Assembly (NCBI GenBank): GCA_040954595.2
Contig: CM082576.2
Coordinates: forward strand, 4,004,760 to 4,068,759
DNA from: Balanoglossus misakiensis
Lineage: Eukaryota > Animalia > Hemichordata
Length of the DNA stretch: 64,000 nucleotides
Direction of reading: 5' to 3'
Made by a program: the position numbers and the translations under genes. The notes beneath the pieces were generated by a model, which saw only the letters and a list, made by a program, of their open reading frames with translations, had not been told where the DNA came from and ran no database searches. This document shows positions 1-11,651 of this stretch, piece after piece; position 1 is the first letter of the stretch, and every line of letters begins with the position of its first letter.

Positions 1-1834
1 CCGTCATTTACGATTGCAGAAAAAGAAGACGTTGTCACCTCGCCAACTGACCAAAATGCAACTGACCACGATGGCGACAGACAAAATCTCAAAATAGAGC
101 CAATGGTAGGTGAGAACGTACCCCCTCCGAGTAGAAGACATGATTTCAAGACAGAGAAATGCAACTGCCAACAGCAACCACCGTGTTACAAAGAGAACAG
201 TGGGCCAAGCTTCATCGATGACATTTGTAAGTTAATTTCTGCTGTTTTGTCGATTCATGTTTATGCCGTGGAGCTAAATGTTTTACCTGAACGAGCTTTT
301 CAAAGTCATGTTTGTGTTTATTCCCACTGCGACTATACTTCTCGTTGTGAAATACATGTAGAATGAGTGTTATAATTTCAAGTTGAGATGATTCGGCCAA
401 TTTACGTCACATCGCTGTGCAAATGGCGGAAATGTTATGTTCTATTTGTTGGTGTTTTATTATTTTATAGCCTCCAAAATATCAAAGCATACGGTTGCAT
501 GGTACACTTTCGACGAAGACATAGAGGACTCTACTGGGAATGGTTACCATGGTAATACAAATGGAGAAGCCGTCTTTGACGGAGACGGAGTGCAAGGCGG
601 CGCTCTTTTTCTGATGGGAGACAGCAAAATAAATGTAGACGGTTTCCGGTTGCATCCCTGGGGCAGCGGTTTCAGCGTCAGTGTGTGGGTGAAGAGGACG
701 GGTGACTGGGACAGCGAGCAGGTGATCATATCAAACGGAGCGCCCGAATATGGCACCTGGGATATACGCATGGGAAGCCAGATGGCCGGCCAGATGATCG
801 GGGCCAATATCTTCAATTGCTGGGATCCGTACAGGAGACAGTGGACCTATCAGGACATCCTGGCCGAGCACAACGTCTGGCATCACGTGGTCGTCTCCTT
901 CGACGGCGCCAACTTCGACTTTTACCTCGACGGGACCAAGCGACAGAAGACTGTCCGTGGGGCGTGCGCCAGCGACACGCCCATCAGAGATACGCCGCTG
1001 ACCATCGCCGCCGGTGGCGTTGGATCATCCGGGCATTATTTCACCGGAATGATCGACGAGTTGGTAATTCTCAACACCAGCCTGACGTACGACGATGTGA
1101 AGTATCTTCGCGGGAAGAGTGATCCAGGTGAGTGCGAAGATCTCTACCTCGTGGCGTATTTTCCATTTGACGCGGACTTCGACGACCATTCGTGTTACCA
1201 TAGGCATGGCAACAAGGGTGACGGTCAGTTCGTGGATCCCTCGGACGCCATCTCCGGTTCTACTGCGAATTTTGACGGGAGGGGCAGGATGGAAGTTGAG
1301 CTGCTGAACGGGTACCAGTGGGGTTCTCAATTCTCGGTCAGCATCTGGTACAGGCGCACCGACAACTTCAAGAAGGAGCAGACGCTTGTCTGGCACGGCA
1401 CGTGGGAGATCCGAACATCCGGGAGCTCCGAAGTCGCCGCGGCCGTCAAATGCAAAGACAGAAACAGCGAGGCGGGCCGACTTGTACTCGGCCAGAGCTC
1501 CACGTATCCCTACAAGGGCGTCAGAGCAAGCGACGGTGAGTGGCATCACGTGGTGCTGACGTACGACGGTTCTCTACTGCGATTGTATCTCGACGGAATC
1601 CAGCAAGACGGCGATGAGGAGAGCTGCCGGGGCGACATCGTCATCGGAGAGGCGCCATTGATGGTCGGGGGTCGAGTAGTCGGTGTGGAGCAGAAATCAG
1701 ACGTGCCAACCGGGCTGAAAAAGCGTCGCAGCACCGGTGGGCATGACTACTTTACGGGTCTTATCGACGAATTAAAGCTATATCGACGTGTTTTGTACCA
1801 AAACGATATTGATGTGCTATATAATGGTATTTAG
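1..1834 (+). CDS. 3' part of a protein with two tandem LamG/pentraxin (concanavalin-like) domains; exons <1-226 and 471-1834
   Basis: Frame 1 is open from base 1 to a T|GTAAG donor at 226/227. The phase-matched acceptor ttttatAG ends at 470. The terminal exon has two repeats of the LamG_3 pattern (A[WY][YF]xFD..D, FSVS[VI]W, WHHVV[VL][ST][FY]DG, YLDG, YFTG[ML]IDEL). Confidence 0.85.
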
Positions 1835-3021
1835 CGTAGACCAAACGTAAATCTAATACAGGTATGAACATATACACGAAGCTAATAGCAGTAAACAAAC
1901 CCAATCTACACGTTAGTCTTAGGAAAATCAGACATGAAAATATTTTTCCCGAGAGAAACTAAGATTATTCTGAAAGGGCATCATATAGATATTATTTTAT
2001 TGGTCTAATGCCTTTTTATACTTTTTCACACACAACTTTGTATTAACTTAAAGTAGAAAATAGTTTTAGTTGAAGGAGCTACATTCACTCAAAATCAAGC
2101 CATAAAATTTTGCACATGGGAATATATATACAAGGGTGTGAAATGCTTATATTATTTAAAACTTCGTTGACATATTCACAATGTATTATGACAAATAAGA
2201 AAATACAGAGCATTTTTTCAATGTGCTTATAGCGTTTTTGATGAATGGATGGTTACAATGACATCGCGGAAAGCTGTTCTCTGAGGATACCGCTCCCATG
2301 CCAACCGACACTCTTCCAAAAATATACATTTCATAGTTTTAATTTTTGAATAGCATGAAATATAAAAGAGCGTCCTCGAGACAAGGATATTTCCGCCATT
2401 ACGGCTATAGTCATATACATATTTCACAGCGTATCGATAACGTGTTTCTTTTTCAGAAAATTGACAGTCGTATATACTGAATGGTTTGAGAAAAAGACCC
2501 CCCCCCCCGCCCACGAAAAAAAAGGTTTGGCCAGCTGCAATTGGTAAAACGATCCTCTAAGTACATGTATTGATCTCTTGCGCAGCCAACTTGAACGTTG
2601 TACTTAAAAACATTCGATTGAAATTGATCGAAATAAAAGTGGCGGTTGAAAACACTTTGCGATGCACCGACAACTTGAATACGTCCTCGTTCGTTGTCAC
2701 AGGCGTCATAGAAACTGCCGAGCGTACAAATGTTAGGTGTAGCTTTTAATTTGGTAACCATGACAACTTGACATTGGTAAACACTCGACTGTCAGATAAA
2801 CTGAAATACCGTCAGTTTAAAGAGCGATGTTAAATACTAGTAATGAAAAACATTTTCTGTCGTTTGTACTTCGTAAATTGATATTTAACAAGGAATTTAA
2901 ATGCATGATTAATCATTTTGACAGTTTCAACCTAAAATATTAATGTCTTTGTGAATAATTGATCAAAGGATTACTTATTATGATCCACATCATATCTTCG
3001 CCGGTGAACAAGTATTCTTAT

Positions 3022-3187
3022 ATATAATTCCCCCGTATTTCGAACGAGTGTGCCTGCGTCGCGGACGAGTGATTCCCCGTATAGCGGCCGTATCCCTCCG
3101 AGCCGCAGGCGAGGAGGGATACAGCTATACGGGGAATCACGAGTTCGCGACGCAGGTACACGAGTGAGGAATACGGGGGAATTATAT
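3022..3187. repeat. Long imperfect palindrome/hairpin (MITE-like)
   Basis: ATATAATTCCCCCGTATT...CCTGCGTCGCG...GTGATTCCCCGTATAGC pairs with GCTATACGGGGAATCAC...CGCGACGCAGG...AATACGGGGGAATTATAT. Confidence 0.8.
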
Positions 3188-3189
3188 GT

Positions 3190-3833
3190 TTATCACATAC
3201 ATAGATCCGCTAATTTTGATTTTCAAATAAATCTCTTTGTGGTTGCGATAAAATTTGGAACTATTTTGTGCAAAATTGAAGATCGATGTTATTCGGTCTA
3301 TCTGTCAGGTGACTCAGGTCACGACCTGGACGATTCTGGTTTTGGCGATGACCCGTCTGTCGTGCGTCAGCTGGATTTCATCGTCCGTCAAGGTTTCACT
3401 GGAGCAGGAAACCTTTCTTATGCCTTTTGCTTTATGACTAGACCGTTTTGCTCTAATCGTCGCATCAAAATTTTTGCGAATACTCAGTTTTGTACCTGTC
3501 GCTCGTTCGACAACGCGACGACATTGGCTCAGCACTGACGACCTCGCGAGTTTTGGTGCCGGTTGGTGCGATAAAAATGTACACAGGTAAAACTAATCGT
3601 CGATCGTCCATATTTACACATACGAAACATTATATTTATCTTTGCTTATTTTTAATATCGAAATAAAACCAACAATTGCACTGAATTTTGTCGCCCTAAG
3701 AGGACTTTGTTTACAAGTTTAAAATAGTTCCGTTTGGTGACGTCAGAGGGATGGGTATTACAATAACGCTTGGTGCAAATTTACCTACGTCTGACGTCAT
3801 ACTATGGTATATGCGGAGCTATGTATGTGATAA
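3190..3833. mobile_element. Putative non-autonomous DNA element bounded by 21-bp inverted repeats
   Basis: TTATCACATACATAGATCCGC (3190-3210) matches the reverse complement of GCGGAGCTATGTATGTGATAA (3813-3833) with 1 mismatch. No convincing internal ORF. Confidence 0.6.
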
Positions 3834-3967
3834 TCACTCAAAATTTACCATGTGTGTCTTATAGCATGTCGTTTTGTCTGAAACATACAGTACAAACTAT
3901 ACACTTGCTTCCTCCCATAACATAGGGAATTAATTTTGTCAAATATTTAATCCCGGAGGAACACAAT

Positions 3968-5979
3968 TCATTTGAGGTATTTTGTCGTTTCTGGCATGTT
4001 CTTGATATCGGTGTATATGTCCTTAATCGCTGCAGCGACTTCGTTTAAGTCTGCCATATCATAACGGGCAAAGAGGTTACAATTGTTAACGAAGAAATGC
4101 GGGCATTGACGGCGTTCGCAGGCGAATATTAGGCTCCGCAAGAGCCCAGAAAATCTCTCACTGAGCTTGTCTTTCGACCACTGACTGGACTGGGGAAATT
4201 TCATGCACTCGTGCAAGAGGAGGGTTTTGATGTGGTATGACGTCACTGGTTTGAAAGCCGACTTGTTGGCCTGCCGGATGGTCTTCAGTATGCGTTCGCA
4301 TTGCTTTCGTCTGCCGCTGGGCGAGTCGATGTCGCTGTTGCGGAGGAGGTACTTCTCGCCGCGGGTGAACGACAGGCGCCAGAGGTCGCCGTCGGAAGAA
4401 TCCACGGGGCAGCGCTTCGGGATTGCAAAGTATCCGAAGCCCTCCACGTCTTTGACTTCTTCGGGTGTCAGCCAGTGGTTGCAGTTTTGGCCCCAGAGCG
4501 CGGCGCTGGGCGGCCAATCGCGTTGGAAACTCAAACACGGTGTTAGATCCATGTTGTATGTCTGCTTTCCCGTCTGGATTTGTATCACCGTAGCTGCATC
4601 TGTAACCACAAAGATAACACTTTCATAGCCCCGTGTGAAACATACACAAAAGTAGATATACATGTATCAGTATCCCGCAGTAAGGATTTCATGAGTAAAC
4701 ATCATTCCAATGTTGAGCCTTTATCAGAGGCCAAATTGTAGAAAATTGACCAAAACATTGTACATGTATATCTTAAAAATCACCAGATTTGGTCTGGTGG
4801 TTCTCAAGTTATGACTGGAGCAGCATACATTTTGGACAGATACACAGATGACATCGTTCCCCCAGTGTGCCTTCTGATCACAAGGGCCAAAAACCACTGA
4901 GAAAGGTAAAGCTATTCACGATATATGAGCGACAAACAATCAAATATAGTACAACAACGAGTTCACTCGCCCAGGAATGCCCTCCCCACGCTATCAAAAA
5001 TAGCTGTGTCACCAAGGTAGCTTTGGTCAACGTATTACTGAAAACATGGTGTGTCAAGAGGCTACAATGCAAACGTAAATCATTCTATTTAAAATGGGTT
5101 TCAGAGGCACAACATACAAGCTACATGTAGGATGCGGTTTGCTTTTGGCCTCACATGTTGATTTTGGCAAGAACATTTTTTTTTCTCGAATTTGCCGTCA
5201 ATGAACTCGACTAACCCCTCGTTACAGTTAAGTTGAGATATATTTAAGAACTCGGAAATCAATAAAAGCAACTTTCGTGCACCGAAAACTAAATGTTTTC
5301 AGTTTTCACTACAAATTTGTGCAGAGCTCTATATACTTGTGTGCGAAGGTCAAGTGCATACTATAACGATGTTTCTCACGCGTGTTTACCATGTTGCAGA
5401 GGTTTGTAATTTTTGGATTTCCACCGAGAAAAAATGTAAACTAGCCTCACCTTCCTGGCGGACAAACAGTGTCTTAAAATCGGAACTGGTCGGTAGTTCC
5501 TCTAACGCTGTTTCCGCCAGCGACTTGAACTTGTGTCGTATCTTCTCCGCCGAGAGCACTCCGTTTCCCGTGTATCCCTCGGCGTGGCATCTCTTCGGTG
5601 CCTTTTCCACAAGATCGGAGATATCGTAGGACGAGTGCTTGGCAACGACATAGCCATAACAAGCGAACTGGCGCTCTCGTTCTCCGACGTCGTCAAAGCT
5701 TTTGAAGGACAGCAGGTGTGTCAGCGGCACCAGCAAGTTGAAATCGTTCGAGGACGACACCCGGAGACCTTCGAAGTAGCTCCTCGTCGGAATCAGCGGA
5801 ACCTCCGTCTTGAATCTCGGGTCCAGTTCGGCGATTTTCGACAGCACGGGGTTGACGGCGTTCTCCAAACACATCAAGATCACTTTCTTTGATTCAGCGC
5901 GGCTGGTTAGTATTTTGTCTTCCGTGAATTTGTTCAAGGCGCGGTTCAGTTTGACGTAGTCTGCTTCGTCCGACGACAT
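3968..5979 (-). CDS. Mab-21/cGAS-like (cGLR-fold) protein, paralog A, ~386 aa; exons 5979-5451 and 4599-3968
   Basis: Mab-21 motifs SYFEGLRVSSSNDFNLL, MDLTPC, WPPSAALW, WRLSFTRGEKYL, RKQCERILKTIR, SYHIKTLLLHEC and CPHFFV..CNLF. A phase-1 GT-AG intron joins VRQE|DAATVIQ in frame. Confidence 0.9.
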
Positions 5980-7017
5980 CTTGTTGTCTTACCTGGTCTC
6001 CAAATGTCAGATACTAGTATCAGGCGTAGATGCACAATACTGTCGCTATCACAGTGCACATATATACACAAGTACAAGGGAACAGCACCAATTTCAATAT
6101 GTATCACGTGACCGGGACTTGGACGCCAATCGTTACACAGGATTTAATTTGTACTCTTTTAATAAGAGACCTAGCTATGCAGCAAAAAAATTCAAGTTCG
6201 AAACCTTATCGACTTCCAGAGAGTCTATTAAAAGGTGATCGAGATTTGGCAAAAACGCTCAAGTTGCGTCTTCTATACGCGCCGTTGTTAAGACCCGAGT
6301 TTATAAAGTGTGTCAATAAACTTATTTACGGAGATTTGCCGTTTAGAGGTCAGTGGTGTAAAATCTGGCCCTGAATACTGTCTGTAGGTCAGCGAAGTGT
6401 TGGCAGTACGGTGCAGTTGTCAGGCAGTAAGAATTCACCAACTGGGACTACAAATCTTCAGAACAATAGCCCCGGCCAGTTTCTTTCATACTCGCCGTTC
6501 ACTATTCATATAAGAATTCGATTCGAGCAGGTTTTATAAAGAAATTGATAGAATTTGGACAAAGCCTGATCAAGATATTGTTACTCTTTCACTCATTCGT
6601 AACCCAAGGTCTATTAATATTACTGTTGAGCACATTCATTAACGCATACAACAATCGTCTATCACTGCATGTCCCTACACCCTCCTTGCTCTCGATATCG
6701 CAAATTTGCAAAAGATACATGATAGACATAGGGGGCGCACCATAGCCTGGGGTCTTACATATTACAGTATGAACGGTGCCGGTGGACCACAAGATTTACA
6801 CGCGTATTCAAGTAGCGACGCTTCATGCTTGGCATAAGTTAAAACAACTGAGACAAGACTTTGCAAGTCACTTTTATTAAAGTGTCACAGTGCAATCGTA
6901 CAAAATGCGATGCGTTTGATTATTAGGAATCAGTTTACATCTCAAAAAACAGAACATGGACGGGTTTCTTTTCATACATACATGCATTATTGCAAATTAA
7001 GTAACAATCACATTATA

Positions 7018-9339
7018 TTACTGCAAAGCCAAATATTTTGACGCAGCTGGAGCATTGGACAGGCTTTCCAATACATCCCTGAGGAGGGCTGCTACTTGGT
7101 CCAGACTGGCAGTGTCAAAGCCGTCGAACAAATTGAAGCCACCCACAAAGAAATGCGGACACTGTCGTTTCTGTAGCGCGTACATCATGCTCCGCACCAG
7201 TCCCTTGAATCTTTCTCCAAGCTTCTCCTTCGTCCAGCTGTCGGACTTGGGAAACTTCCTGCATTCGTGCAGGAAGACAGTCTTGATGTGATAGGAAGCG
7301 ATGGGGCCGAATTCCTGGCGGTTGGCCTCGCGGATGGTTTTCAAGATCCGTTCACACTGCTTCCTCCGTCCGTTCGGCGAATCGTTGTCCGAGTAGCGCA
7401 GCAGATATTTCTCGCCGCAGGAGAACGAAAACCGCCAGAGATTCGTGTCTTCGGGGTCGTTCATGCACTTCTTCGGAAGCATGTGGAAACCAAACGCCTT
7501 GGCGTGTTCCACTTCGCTCGGCGTGAGCCATTCATCCGTCCCGTTGCCCCAGTCGACGGCACTCGGTGGCCAGTCGGTTTTACCTCGGAATACGATGCAG
7601 GGTACCAACTTTATATAGTAGACTTTCCCGCTAGCTTCAACTTTCAAAACGGGGATGAAATCAGCATACTCTGCATGGGGGAAAATGCAAAGACCATGGC
7701 TAAGTGAACGCAGTAATATGTCTAAGTCGATATCCAATAAAAGTTTAAAGGATTCGATTGAAAAGAAGTTTAGTGAAAGCAAGTCGTTTTATACACTTGA
7801 TTTATTGACGTCGATAAGTGTATAGAGTAAACTTGAATTAGCTCAACATATCGATTTTAATTAAACAGACGCAACAGTACAGGTTGGCGTTCCTGCGTCT
7901 CTCTGCGAGTGCCCCGCGTTGCTTGACTGCGTCGCGGCGTCTTTCTGACTACCCCTTTTACCACTATGACACTTGTCACCATGATAATGACGTCTGGTCA
8001 GCAGGTGTTTTTGAACTTTTATTTCTACACCGTTTAACGTAAATTCACTTAGCGTTCTCTAAACTCGATCACGATGAGAACTTCCCGAAAGTTTTGGATA
8101 TATTGAAGTTATCTACAGCGTGCTACGAAAGTTCAGAAACTTCGATCTTTAAAACTTCTCAGAGTGCTCGTACTAGATTTACGTACAATCCCAATTAAAT
8201 GGCGACGGAAAGATTTGATTACTCCTATTTGGCATTAATGACGCGCTGCGTCGTTTGGGTGCGGGGTTGTGTGAATGTTATGTTATGAGCTCATGTTCAT
8301 GCTCAGACATGTTCCTCTGTTATTGCTTAAAGTCGGCGAGAATGCGGCCATAGGCCTACATCTCAATGTTCCATTGTGCTAACTATAAACGAACGCTATT
8401 GAGAAAACAAATCACGGGAAACACTCTGACAAAAGTGTTTTCTATCCGACAGAAAACAGCAGTGCCAACGTATTTGTTTTACATGTAAAAGACGCAAAAC
8501 ATGTCCTTATTTGACCCTGGAGTCTGTTCAACTTCTGTTGGTGTTCGAAGAGCGCACAAAAGGAAACAAAACAGTAGGTGTGCCTTTAGTACTGAATGTC
8601 AAATATAGGCTAGGCCTAATTTAACTTCCATCTGTCTTTGGAAAGGAGTGCGATATAATAGCACAAACTCAATCAAAGTACAAAAACAACAACAGAGAGA
8701 TCAAAAAGAAGCACCTGTTGCATAGTTTCGAAACCGAGACAGCATTCTAGCTGCATAGTAACGTGAAGGTCGGTCGCGTATAAAATAATGACCTATAAAA
8801 GCTCAAATGAAAAAGACAGAATTGATACCTTCAAGTTGCACATTGATGTGTTTGTCGGGTGCCATTGTCAGCGACTTTGTTGCCTTGTCGACGGCGGCGA
8901 AAAATGCCTGCTTCACCTTCAGCGCTGAAAGCAGTCCTGATCCTGTAAATCCCTGGGATTTGGCATTCTTCGGCATCGACCCTACCAAGTCCGTGATGTC
9001 GAAATTGGAGTGTTTTGCGATGATGTATCCATGACTACCGCACTTGGGTTCCCTCTTCCCGACGTCGTCAATGCCACGGAAGGAAAGCAGTTGGACGAAG
9101 GAAATGAGCAGTTCGAAATTGTTTGATGAAGACACTCTCAGCCCTTCGAAGTAACTGCTAGTCGCGAGAGGCGACTCGGCTTTGAAGCGGGGTTGGTCTT
9201 CTCCGATTTTATTGAGTATCGGTTTGACGACATTGTCCAGACAGAGAGGAATAGCTTTCCTGGAGTCAAGGCGGCTTGCCTCGATTTTAACTTCTGTGAA
9301 CTTATGCAAGGCGCTGTTCAATTGCTGTGCGGTTGCCAT
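7018..9339 (-). CDS. Mab-21/cGAS-like (cGLR-fold) protein, paralog B, ~387 aa; exons 9339-8829 and 7670-7018
   Basis: Motifs SSYFEGLRVSSSNNFELL, WPPSAVDW, WRFSFSCGEKYL, RKQCERILKTIR, SYHIKTVFLHEC and CPHFFVGGFNLF. The intron has the equivalent position and phase to that of paralog A. Confidence 0.9.
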
Positions 9340-9821
9340 TTAGGTTATCCAACCTTTCCCCCGGTATTGTAAAACAGTAGTATCGGATTTCACACTTCGG
9401 ACACTGACACCTGTTGAACTGTGTAGGCCGTAGGGTACATACAGTGTAGTGAATACATCGGACCTTGGGAAACCCATGGTCACGTGTTAATCACGTGAAT
9501 ATATATTTTCGCCTCGTACGCCATAAACTGATAACATACCAATAGTTTGACGAATCGAACAAGGTAAAGCTTTACGGAGGTTTATTGACAAGAAAATTGT
9601 TACGCGCCATCCTAAAGTTCACTGGCTACAGGCTTTGCGTTGACATAAACCGTAAATTCTCGCGTAAATATTGCAGCTTTCTGCAGAGGGCGCTGGTCAC
9701 ATTGAGCGCCATAGCTAGCTTGCCCACACGGCCGCATCAGAAGCAGGAAGTGCAGAGAGATTTTGGATATAGCTGGCTACTGTTTAAAGTTTTCCTTGTG
9801 AGACAACGGTGCGGCGAGGAC
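9340..9821. promoter_or_regulatory. Compact divergent promoter region between Mab-21 paralog B and CNIH4
   Basis: Head-to-head ATGs about 480 bp apart. Two CACGTG E-boxes (9481, 9492), a kappaB-like GGGAAACCC (9467-9475) and a CTCF-like CTGCAGAGGGCGCTG (9681-9695). Motif matches only. Confidence 0.5.
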
Positions 9822-11651
9822 ATGGTGTCATCTGACGCCCTGTTGTTTATATTTTCGCTGTTTGATAGCGCCGGGCTTTTATTTCTTGCGGTTTACTTCG
9901 TATCCTTTCATAAATTTGAGTGACATTTTGTTTTGAATGGAGGCCCCAGGGCCCTCTATCATCACACATGTACATATCTCATCGTGTGTGAGTGACCTCA
10001 ACAGTAGTCATTCTCACTGTACAGCTGAGTGTACTCCTCAAAAACCTACATTTTGCTACTCAACTAGAACGCTGACTTTGTATGTGAGCCTATCCACAAG
10101 CACAAAGGGCACACTTCACCGATGATGACTCTTAGAGAGGACCATGATGATGCACTGGTGCGCTAGTCTCGTATCCCACCTCGTGAAAATTGTTGTACCC
10201 AATTAAACCTTATCTTGAGAGATAGGTCCCTGCGTACAGGTCTGTCTGTTGAAGTTCCCGGCGTTACACGACATCCAGGCCGTGTAACACCGGGAATACA
10301 TACCTGTATGCAGGACTAGTAGGTGTGTGAGCATGGAGGTCTCAAAATTCCTTAATGGTGACAGATAATTACACTTTCAGATCTAGAATGTGACTACCTG
10401 AATGCTACAACGTGTTGTGCAAGACTTAATAAAGTAAGTAATTTTTACATACTTGGTGGAACTGGGATGCTTTTATGTGGCGCTCTGAAGGATGTTTGAT
10501 GATGATCATTGATGTATGACGCAGTGTTTAAAAATAACAACATTCAAAATGGTAATGGTTTGGTTATTCATACATGCATCATGTAAACACTATAATTCTG
10601 TTATTGTTTTTCGCCGTTGCAGTGGGTCCTTCCAGAAGTTATTGCACATGTTGTTGTAGTGGTTCTTCTAATGCTTAATCAACATTGGTATTTATTTGCC
10701 TTGAGTTTTCCTATGGCAGCATACCAAATGTACAGGTAAGCTATTTACAGGCATTTTTTTAGAATTGCTGAAATAGGTATATAACAACATTTCCAGCAGC
10801 TTCTCCAAAATACCATAGAAGAGGCTGTACTTTGATGTGCCGGTGAACACCACCATCACAAAGATTTGATTGTCTAAGTGAGTAGTGTTGAAACATAAAT
10901 GTTTTGCTAACCCAGATTCATGACATTCTCCTTTTCCGTCACAGATATATCAATATTCCAAGTGGCAACACTGGTCTGTTTGATCCCACAGAGATTCACA
11001 ATAGAGGACAGTTAAAATCACACATGAAAATAGCGATGGCTAAATTGGGCTATCATCTGGTCTTCTTTTTTATATACATGTACAGGTGAGTATCGGTGTG
11101 AGTGAATGCCTTACGGGTATTAGGACAGTTACCCCCTGATCACATACCACTCAGATCTGCAGACATTTCACACTCGCCAATCTGTTCTATGGTTGGGGCA
11201 AGTGTCCAGTGAATAAATGTCCAGGGGGTGACTGTCCAAGAACAGAGAGTAAATGTTCTGTTATTCTAGGCTGCCTACCTACTTTTCATCATTGACTAAC
11301 ACAAATTTTGACCAAACCAGGCGGAATGATCCATAATTAACTCCATTGTGTCATGTTTTATGTGAGAAGGTCAAAAAGTCACTGATTCCAAACACGCACT
11401 CGTGTAAAAGTCAGCAGAGCACTAAAACTTGATCAATGCCTTTTCTGGACACAAACAGAGTTTAATTTCCATACAAGTGACATTAGGCAAACAAGGAAAT
11501 CAGGAATCAAGTACCCACTGCTGTAAAACCAATGAGTCAATGCTGAATATGGTAGTTATTGTTGTATGGTGTGGCAATGAGCATTAACCAACGCTGTTTC
11601 CATTTTCTTTACAGTATGATTCTTGCACTACTTTCACGGTTAGACGATTAG
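9822..11651 (+). CDS. CNIH4: Cornichon family ER cargo receptor (CNIH4-like); exons 9822-9899, 10365-10433, 10623-10735, 10945-11085, 11615-11651
   Basis: The spliced translation [54 protein letters not shown]...[24 protein letters not shown]...[12 protein letters not shown] matches CNIH4 signatures. AATAAA near 12098. Confidence 0.93.
9900..10364 (+). other. U12-type (minor spliceosome) GT-AG intron
   Basis: 5' splice site GTATCCTTT. Branch-site-like TTCCTTAAT (10348-10356) lies just before the AG, with no polypyrimidine tract. Confidence 0.9.
10229..10314. repeat. Intronic hairpin (inverted repeat, ~86 bp)
   Basis: CCTGCGTACAGGT..TTCCCGGCGTTACACG / CGTGTAACACCGGGAA..ACCTGTATGCAGG. Confidence 0.7.

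Noticed and set aside
3050-3538. 162-aa ORF
   Set aside because: It runs through the palindrome and inverted-repeat element and has no recognisable transposase or other motif.
8821-8828. GTATCAAT donors (Mab-21 paralog B; also PPM1A at 15347) as possible U12 introns
   Set aside because: They deviate from the GTATCCTT consensus and no U12 branch site was seen, so they are treated as U2 introns.
3968-9339. Calling the pair cGAS or MAB21L1/2 orthologs
   Set aside because: The catalytic triad is degenerate, there is no cGAS zinc ribbon, and the sequences are far more diverged than the highly conserved MAB21L1/2. No gene symbol assigned.
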